DNA of 64,000 nucleotides. Source: Nostoc sp. Lineage in GTDB: Bacteria > Cyanobacteriota > Cyanobacteriia > Cyanobacteriales > Nostocaceae. How positions within the stretch are numbered: position 1 is the first letter of the stretch; every line of letters begins with the position of its first letter. The notes under the pieces were generated by a model. That model saw only the letters and a list, made by a program, of their open reading frames with translations. It did not search any database and was not told the DNA's origin. The stretch is from positions 187,614 through 251,613 of the forward strand of contig JBALDB010000051.1 in NCBI GenBank assembly GCA_036918135.1, read 5' to 3'. Made by a program: the position numbers and the translations under genes. This document shows, piece by piece, positions 57,272-64,000 of this stretch.

Positions 57272-57398
57272 GAAGTGGGGAGTGGGGAGATGGGGGAGTG
57301 TGGAGAGAGAGGGGGGCAAGATTTCTTCTTCCCCATCCTCCCACACCTGCATTTCTTCTTCCCCATCCTCCCACACCTCCTTTTCCTCCCACACTCCC
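57272..57398 (-). repeat. G-rich/C-rich foldback repeat element, copy 4, inverted
   Basis: Reverse complement matches copy 2 (GAAGAAATGCAGGTGTGGGAGG; AAATCTTGCCCCCCTCTCTC). Confidence 0.75.
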
Positions 57399-57415
57399 TG
57401 TTTGCCCGATGCCCT

Positions 57416-57799
57416 TTACAAACTCTGACATTGGCTACACAAGCCAAAAAACTCTAGGGTGTGATAAAAAATTTTAAACTTATGGCTGGTTTCTAACTGG
57501 TCTTCTAGGTTATGGACGGGGCATTGATTAATTTGAATTGATGTACCGCATTGTAAGCAAGTAAGGTGGTGTTTGTCTTGTTGCGCTAGGCTATAAAGGG
57601 CTTCACCGTTAGCCAGATTCCGCATTTGTACCATGCCTTCAAGTTTTAGAACTTCTAAGGAGCGGTAAACTGTTGCTAAACCCATACCTTGATTGCTGTT
57701 ACGTAGTTCTACGTAAATATCTTGGGCGGAAATGCCTTTTTTGATGGTTTTCAGCAGGTTCAAAATACGCTCTTGACTGCGGGTGCGTATGACTGTCAT
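57416..57799 (-). CDS. zur: Fur-family zinc uptake regulator Zur (FurB)
   Basis: GLATVYRSL, HHLTCLQC, C-terminal CxxC; resembles Anabaena FurB and is divergent from purS. Confidence 0.8.
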   Translation of the reverse strand: MTVIRTRSQERILNLLKTIKKGISAQDIYVELRNSNQGMGLATVYRSLEVLKLEGMVQMRNLANGEALYSLAQQDKHHLTCLQCGTSIQINQCPVHNLEDQLETSHKFKIFYHTLEFFGLCSQCQSL

Positions 57800-57945
57800 A
57801 GACAATTATTTAAATATGCCAGTGTAATTTGAAGCTGTCGGACTGGCTAACTAATAAGTTAACTCTAACCGCTTCATAATCTTATTTTCACTCAGTTGGA
57901 ACAGAAAGTTATAGTATAGCGATCGCAGCATTCAGCAAAAAGCCT

Positions 57946-58224
57946 ATGCAATTGAGGTATCTAGCCAAAATTCACGTGACACTTCGTCCTTCAGTCTTAG
58001 ACCCTGCTGGTGTAGCTGTACAATCCGGTCTTCAACAGCTGGGATACGATAACGTTGAGCAAGTACGGATTGGTAAGTACATTGAACTGATCGTCGTCTC
58101 CTCTGATGAGAAAAAAGCTCGTCAAGACCTGAATAACATCTGTGACCAAATGCTAGCAAATCCGGTGATTGAAAATTATCGATTTGAGCTAATAGAAGTT
58201 GAATCACAGACGGGGGTGTTTTAG
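57946..58224 (+). CDS. purS: Phosphoribosylformylglycinamidine synthase subunit PurS
   Basis: VLDPAG, VRIGKY, LANPVIENY. Confidence 0.95.
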   Translation: MQLRYLAKIHVTLRPSVLDPAGVAVQSGLQQLGYDNVEQVRIGKYIELIVVSSDEKKARQDLNNICDQMLANPVIENYRFELIEVESQTGVF

Positions 58225-58384
58225 GGAGTGTTGGCGGTTGACGGTTGACTGTTGAGAGCCAGTTGCTTTAACAGGGGGAACCCACCTAAGGCACTGGCTC
58301 CTGTTGACTAGGGAGTAAAAGAGAAATAAGCAGTGCCCTATGTCTCAAATGACTAATGTACCAATGACTAATAACAATTGACAA

Positions 58385-59062
58385 ATGACTAAATTCGGTG
58401 TTGTTGTTTTTCCGGGTTCTAATTGCGATCGCGATGTCGCTTATGTGACCAGAGACTTGTTGGAACAACCGACTCGCATGGTTTGGCATCAAGACACTGA
58501 CATTGCTGATTTGGATGTTATTGTTATACCTGGTGGCTTTAGTTACGGTGATTATCTACGCTGTGGTGCGATCGCCCGGTTTTCGCCTGTGATGCAGCAG
58601 GTTATCGAACACGCCCACAAAGGAAAGTTTGTCATCGGTATTTGCAATGGGTTTCAGGTATTAACTGAAGCTGGTCTGTTGCCAGGGGTGTTGACCAAAA
58701 ATCGAGATTTGCATTTTATTTGCGATCGCGTTTCGATAAAAGTTGAACGTACCAATCTGCCTTGGACGCAAGCTTATAACAGTGGTGAAGTTATTACTTT
58801 GCCCATTGCCCACGGTGAAGGACGATTCTACGCTGACGCAGCTACTCTGGCAGCAATTGAAGATAACGAACAAGTCTTGTTCCGCTATGCAACAGAGAAT
58901 CCTAATGGTTCCCTCAACAATATTGCCGGAATTTGCGATCGTCGAGGCAATGTGTTGGGAATGATGCCGCATCCAGAAAGAGCGTCAGATGCAATGTTGG
59001 GTAATAACGATGGGTTACGGTTGTTTCAGGGATTGTTAGAGAAGGTGGCAGCGTTGGTTTAA
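58385..59062 (+). CDS. purQ: Phosphoribosylformylglycinamidine synthase subunit PurQ
   Basis: FPGSNCD, GGFSYGDYLR, GICNGFQ, GMMPHPER. Confidence 0.96.
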   Translation: MTKFGVVVFPGSNCDRDVAYVTRDLLEQPTRMVWHQDTDIADLDVIVIPGGFSYGDYLRCGAIARFSPVMQQVIEHAHKGKFVIGICNGFQVLTEAGLLPGVLTKNRDLHFICDRVSIKVERTNLPWTQAYNSGEVITLPIAHGEGRFYADAATLAAIEDNEQVLFRYATENPNGSLNNIAGICDRRGNVLGMMPHPERASDAMLGNNDGLRLFQGLLEKVAALV

Positions 59063-59181
59063 ATTTCACGTTTGCGCCTTCTTTGAGATTTCAATCTACT
59101 AAGGTGGACTTTTTTAAAAGTGCGGCAACTTCAGTTGTTGAGTACTGGAGTTGCTATTTTATCGCTTTCTATTTTTACTTA

Positions 59182-59288
59182 AGGACTTCCAGAAAATAAA
59201 TTATCCAATTTAATCAGGTGATATTTTCTATCTCTCCCCTGCTCCCTGCCTACGTCATCAATGGAATATCCTTTTAATTGGAAGTCCC
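59182..59288. mobile_element. MITE with GGACTTCCA-type ends and TTA target duplication, copy 2
   Basis: tta|AGGACTTCCAGAAAATAAATTATCCAAT...TTGGAAGTCCC|tta. Confidence 0.7.
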
Positions 59289-61367
59289 TTAACTAACTGT
59301 GATAACTGTTCCGACACTTTCATTAGCCAACCTATCCACAGCACACACAGCATAAGTTCCCGCTTGTTGAACAGTAGCAAAAGTAGTACCAGCAGATAAA
59401 ATTCGCTGGATTGTCCAAGTATCGCCAGTTTGCCGATAAAGTGTCCAAGAACGAACGGGCTGATTATCTCCTGGCTGCCAACTCAGTTTACGGTTGTTGA
59501 CTTGTAGTCCAATAGGTGGAGGAAGTGGTGTTGTATTGTGCCAAGACATAGTAGGAGCTAAGGCAGGCTTGTTATAAAGCAAACTTTGGAATTTCTCAGC
59601 AATGCCCTGACTATCTTTCCTTAAAACACCAAGATTAAAGAAAATATTCCCCAGTGATAACTGTGCAGCTTGGCTACGACTAATTTTTACCTGCTTTTCA
59701 ATCTCATCACTTTCTCGACTTTTCTCGTTTGGTTCTGTGAGATTGTTACCAGCGTAAACATGTCTTTGCTTTGTGTTTACCTGTGTCCACCACTTTAATA
59801 ATGCAGAATAACTTTGTTGTGGTTGGTCTGTACGCCAGTAAAGTTGAGGCGCAATATAATCAATCCAGCCTTCTTCTAGCCATTTCTTTGAGTCAGCATA
59901 CAGCACGTTATAAGCATCCAACCCAGTAATACCAGAAGGTTGTCCGGGACGATAAATTCCAAAGGGACTAATACCAAATTTAACGTCGGGTTTGGTTAGT
60001 TTAATTCCCAGCCAGAGACGCTGTACCATTTTGTTAACATTGTCCCGTCGCCAGTCGCCCACGCTAAGCATACCACCAGCTGCTTTGTATGCAGAATAAG
60101 TTTTATTATCTGGAAAAGATTGTCCCTCAAGTGGATATGGATAGAAATAATCATCTAAGTGAATGCCATCGATATCATAGCGCTTGACTACATCGAGAAT
60201 CACGTTGTAAGCTCTGTCCTGAACTATTTTTAGTCCTGGATCCATCCACAACTGATTGCCCCATTGGTAAACGGCTTCTGGATTAGTCACAGCTATGTGA
60301 GGGCGGACATTGGGCGAACCCTTAATGCTAGTCTTGGCGCGGTAAGGATTGAACCAAGCATGAACTTCAATGTTACGCTTGTGACATTCTGCGATCGCAA
60401 ACGCTAAAGGGTCGTAAAGTGGTTCTGGTGCTTTTCCCTGAGTTCCGGTAATCCAAGCACTCCAAGGCTCTATTTGCGATTCATACAAAGCATCTCCCTC
60501 TGGTCTGACTTGGAAGATTAGGGCGTTAAAGTTCAGCGCTTGTAATTTAGTGGCAATTTCGGTAATTTCTGCTTTCTGTTGCTCAACAGAGAGTCCAGGT
60601 TTGGAAGGCCAATCACTATTCCACACAGATGCTACCCACACTCCCCGGAATTCTCTGGTATGATTTAGCTTCACACTACCAGAAGGTACAGGCGTTGGTG
60701 TTGGTATTGGTATGGGCGTTGGTGTTGGTATTGGGGTTGGCGTCGGTGTGGGTATCGGTGGCACTACTATGTAACTAGAAACAATCTTTTCTGCTACACC
60801 TAAATACACCAAAGCTTGATAAATAATTACTGCCACATCTGCACGCGTGGCTGCAAGATTGGGATTAAGTAATTTCAGATTTGGAAAATTAACTACCAGT
60901 CCAGCACTAGTGGCAATTGCTATCTGATTTTTGCCATAAGCAGGAATTTGGCTAGCATCTTGATAAATTTGTCCGAGTGTTGAGAGGAGATCGGGTTTTA
61001 CTTTTGTGGCAATTTCTAAACCTGCTACCAAAGAAACTAAAACTTCCGTCCTTGTAATTCGGTTAGCAGGACGGAAGGTATTATCTGGAAATCCACTAAT
61101 GAATGCTTTTTCGTAAGCTGTTTGAATGGCTGTTGCTGCCCAATAACTACTAGGTACATCAACAAAGACAATATACTGCCGCTTCTGGGAAACTGTCCCA
61201 AATGCCTTAGCGATGATAGCGGCAAACTCAGCCCGGGTGAGTGAGTTATCGGGGCGATAAGTGCCGTTAGGCAACCCACTAACAATACCACGTTGGGCTA
61301 AGGCTGTAATAAATAAGCGTGCCCAATGGTTTTGAATATCCGAGAAGGGAGTAGAACTAGATACCAT
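59289..61367 (-). CDS. S-layer homology (SLH) domains, Pro/Thr linker and GHL10 glycoside hydrolase-like domain
   Basis: Three SLH repeats (FSDIQNHWA, TRAEFA), PTPTPIP linker, EFRGVW, HAWFNPYR, DGIHLDDYFYPY. Confidence 0.88.
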   Translation of the reverse strand: MVSSSTPFSDIQNHWARLFITALAQRGIVSGLPNGTYRPDNSLTRAEFAAIIAKAFGTVSQKRQYIVFVDVPSSYWAATAIQTAYEKAFISGFPDNTFRPANRITRTEVLVSLVAGLEIATKVKPDLLSTLGQIYQDASQIPAYGKNQIAIATSAGLVVNFPNLKLLNPNLAATRADVAVIIYQALVYLGVAEKIVSSYIVVPPIPTPTPTPIPTPTPIPIPTPTPVPSGSVKLNHTREFRGVWVASVWNSDWPSKPGLSVEQQKAEITEIATKLQALNFNALIFQVRPEGDALYESQIEPWSAWITGTQGKAPEPLYDPLAFAIAECHKRNIEVHAWFNPYRAKTSIKGSPNVRPHIAVTNPEAVYQWGNQLWMDPGLKIVQDRAYNVILDVVKRYDIDGIHLDDYFYPYPLEGQSFPDNKTYSAYKAAGGMLSVGDWRRDNVNKMVQRLWLGIKLTKPDVKFGISPFGIYRPGQPSGITGLDAYNVLYADSKKWLEEGWIDYIAPQLYWRTDQPQQSYSALLKWWTQVNTKQRHVYAGNNLTEPNEKSRESDEIEKQVKISRSQAAQLSLGNIFFNLGVLRKDSQGIAEKFQSLLYNKPALAPTMSWHNTTPLPPPIGLQVNNRKLSWQPGDNQPVRSWTLYRQTGDTWTIQRILSAGTTFATVQQAGTYAVCAVDRLANESVGTVITVS

Positions 61368-61518
61368 TGTTGATTGCAGCTAGCTAGCCTGGATTTTAAT
61401 TACCTTTGTTAATTTAGCAATACCAGAGCGATCGCTGCTGCAATCTCTTGTTAACTTTTTTAGACACTAGCGAATGGGTATTGGGTATTGGGGACTGGTG
61501 ATTGGGGAAGGTGGGACT

Positions 61519-61998
61519 TTAAGAGGCAGTACTTACCAATGCCTTGCGGAAAATGACTTTGTCGTCTCCTAGCTTATAAAATTCTCGAATCCTCGCTTCT
61601 TCTTCGTAACCGCTCTTTCGATAAAATGCACGAACGTATTCAAAGTCTTTGAGCCCGGACGTTTCCACTAGTAGCATACGCTCACCTTTGTTAGCCAGCA
61701 TTTGCTCTACGTGGTGCAACAAAGAGGCTCCACGCCCCTGTCTTTGACGAACGGGATGAATAGCGATGAGGTAGAGATTCCATGTCCCCTCAGTCATTCG
61801 TTCTGGCGCGGCGTATGCAACGCCCACGGGCTCGTTGTCGTAGTCAGTAAACCATACACCTTGGTTATCTGTTTTATCATCGAAATGCTGATTTAGCATT
61901 TGAGCGAGTTCTTCAATTTGGTTTGACTCGAAAAGTCCTGTCGCTTCTGCCAAAGCGAGTAATGCATTTGTGTCATCGGGCGCAGTCAGTCGAATCAT
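61519..61998 (-). CDS. GNAT family N-acetyltransferase
   Basis: LIAIHPVRQRQGRG acetyl-CoA motif, FYRKSGY. Confidence 0.88.
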   Translation of the reverse strand: MIRLTAPDDTNALLALAEATGLFESNQIEELAQMLNQHFDDKTDNQGVWFTDYDNEPVGVAYAAPERMTEGTWNLYLIAIHPVRQRQGRGASLLHHVEQMLANKGERMLLVETSGLKDFEYVRAFYRKSGYEEEARIREFYKLGDDKVIFRKALVSTAS

Positions 61999-62143
61999 AG
62001 CGAGTTTCAGTTAAAACTTGTATGTTTGCTCTCATTATTCAAGCACCAACATTACAATTTTCTACAGCAGTTTTTTACCTTCGTGTAGGCTTGGATTAAT
62101 CCCCATTACCCTTTATCCTCCCCCAGTCCCTAATTCCCATTAA

Positions 62144-62716
62144 CTAAGTAGGATTTGCCGCTGAGTCATCAGAATTTAAGGCAGAACGCACATTCAACGA
62201 TAGCATTACGCGGGAAATGCCACTAAACAGAAGGCTAACACCGACTAGTGTTCCTAGAAGCCAAGGTGCATCGTACGGCCACTGAAACCAAACCATTGCA
62301 CCTAAGACGAGTGTAATAATGCCATTAACTAATACCCATGTCCAGTTTTGTTGGGGACGTAACTGGAAGGCTAGAATTGACTCGAATGTACCTTCAGTTA
62401 GCAGAAAAGTACCTAGTAATAAAGTGAGTGTGAGAACGCCTGTATAAGGATAAAACAATAGCATTACGCCGGTTGCAATATACAGTCCGCTCAATAAAAG
62501 TTTCCAAACAAAACCACCGCGATCGCGAGTCTGGGAGGCATAAACTAGTTTTGTAAATCCAGCAAAAGTTAAAATCGCTGCGAACCAAGTCTCAGCGAAT
62601 ATCGTGGTAAAATTGGGTACTGCAATCCCAATCACTCCCAGAATAATTAACAAAACACCTGCTACCACTGACCCATTAAGTTTCTTGTTGATATCTTTAG
62701 AAACATCAGCTGTCAT
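62144..62716 (-). CDS. HdeD/DUF308 family membrane protein
   Basis: Six TM helices; WP..A.W.LG.LVG.SL.FSG motif. Confidence 0.85.
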   Translation of the reverse strand: MTADVSKDINKKLNGSVVAGVLLIILGVIGIAVPNFTTIFAETWFAAILTFAGFTKLVYASQTRDRGGFVWKLLLSGLYIATGVMLLFYPYTGVLTLTLLLGTFLLTEGTFESILAFQLRPQQNWTWVLVNGIITLVLGAMVWFQWPYDAPWLLGTLVGVSLLFSGISRVMLSLNVRSALNSDDSAANPT

Positions 62717-62832
62717 ACTAATATTTTCCTACGCTTAGATTCACTTCTACAATTAAGCTAGGAAATTTTTTAGTCACAGGGTACAACCTTGAGGTAGAGT
62801 CATAGGTATTATATTTCAGCAGTAACTCAGGT

Positions 62833-63381
62833 TCATAAAAGTTCGGCAAGATTGCTTAGCCGTTCATAAACAGAAATCAGACGATCTCCTTCCAGTTCAA
62901 CAGAAGTATTTGGATAATTCTGAATAGCTCCCAGCAGTGTAACTTCACCCTTTTGCTTAATAGTTGTACTTAAAGCAGTTCGTAATGCCTGCTGGTCTAA
63001 TTGTCCTGCAGGAGGATGAACTACTTCACCAATTTGGCTAACCAAAACTGGCCCTGCCCAACTTGATAGTAAGTTATTTAAAAAAGCAGGATCGGCTTTT
63101 ATGCCGGATTTGAGTGCTTTACGAGCTAATGCCGGGTCTTGTTGAGCCGCCTGTAAATAAGCGTTTAATGTTGGGGTAGTCTTGCCATTTTCTGCAAACT
63201 GATTTAATTCTTCAACAGATATTGGCCCTTGAAAGTTACCATATTTTAAAATAACTTGCTCGGCAGCATCAGCATTAGTAGTTGAAAGAACAATAGCACC
63301 TGTGCCTAAAGCTATTGTTTGAGCAAGTAGCTTAGTGAAGTTAAAAGTGTTCAATCGATTTAAAATTTGAATAATCTGCAT
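62833..63381 (-). CDS. DUF1400 family secreted protein
   Basis: Signal peptide then AAEQVILKYG...ISVEEL..FAE.G. ATG 63381 preferred. Confidence 0.7.
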   Translation of the reverse strand: MQIIQILNRLNTFNFTKLLAQTIALGTGAIVLSTTNADAAEQVILKYGNFQGPISVEELNQFAENGKTTPTLNAYLQAAQQDPALARKALKSGIKADPAFLNNLLSSWAGPVLVSQIGEVVHPPAGQLDQQALRTALSTTIKQKGEVTLLGAIQNYPNTSVELEGDRLISVYERLSNLAELL

Positions 63382-63552
63382 TATTTTGTCTAATTTAACG
63401 ATAGAGAGCGTATGTATGTAAAAAATACCCAATATCTTAGCTTTTAAAAATTTCTGCTAAAGAGTAGATGAGTTTAGGCATACAATTGTATGCCCTTATA
63501 ATCAGTTTAATTGTTGCAAATATTTTGGTAAATATGTTATTTTTAAGCCTTT

Positions 63553-63744
63553 TTATTGAGGTAGTATTGACTTATCTTCGTCTAAGGTTGGTGTAGGCAC
63601 GCCCAAATGCTTTCTTGCATCTTCTTCAGCTAGCTTTCGGTCTTGGTCGTTATTGAATTGACTCTCATCTAACAGATGAGGGTTTTTTGCCGCTTCATCT
63701 CGACTTGGGCGATAGCCGTTTTTCCACTTGTACTTCCAGTCCAT
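63553..63744 (-). CDS. Small hydrophilic hypothetical protein
   Basis: 63 aa from ATG 63744, preceded by a palindrome plus -10 promoter layout. Confidence 0.55.
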   Translation of the reverse strand: MDWKYKWKNGYRPSRDEAAKNPHLLDESQFNNDQDRKLAEEDARKHLGVPTPTLDEDKSILPQ

Positions 63745-64000
63745 AGTTTTCAAGGCAGATATACTGCAATTTTATTTCCTAGCTCTCTATAATAAGCGCT
63801 TAATGGAAAATGACACTCTTGCTATAGGTTGAAGAAGCTCATTCAAAGGGTACAAATTTCACATCATCTTCAAGTAATAATACTCTAAATCCTTGATTTA
63901 AAGTAAATTAACGTGAGTTCGACGGATAGAAAAGCCCAAAAAGCTTGCTAGGCATGAATTTGCTTAAGTGGGCAGGTGAAGTGCGATCGCTACGCTCGCC

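Noticed and set aside
55788..57477. Many short overlapping ORFs (WGVWEV, PHTPH, ECGECG types), also near 44881-45185 and 47162-47659
   Set aside because: They arise from stop-poor G/C repeat elements read in several frames.
60690..60760. Short tandem repeats inside the SLH-GHL10 gene
   Set aside because: They encode an ordinary Pro/Thr inter-domain linker.

Overview
This is a 64-kb chromosomal window from a filamentous heterocystous cyanobacterium (Nostoc-like), judged by dense HIP1 GCGATCGC sites, heptamer STRR tracts and Nostoc-type zur/purS/purQ and ftrV genes. Core genes present: metK, mutL, adenosine deaminase, purA, rplY, ftrV, zur, purS, purQ. Accessory blocks: (1) a methyltransferase/EamA/TauD cassette beside a decayed IS701; (2) a general-stress/desiccation gene cluster whose promoters share a palindromic motif; (3) a complete polyol ABC uptake and catabolism cluster; (4) geosmin synthase carrying three GPTGLGT cargo-loading-like peptides, followed by two Family 2B encapsulin shell genes; (5) a two-gene module in which a small helical Bell-like protein ends in the motif GRDQINIE that also begins the adjacent NACHT-TM-TPR (NLR-like) protein, the architecture expected for amyloid-mediated immune/cell-death signalling. 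MITEs, nested inverted repeats and small repeats are common, some inserted in frame within genes. No rRNA, tRNA or CRISPR array was seen. All calls come from reading the sequence and recalling protein families; no searches were run.
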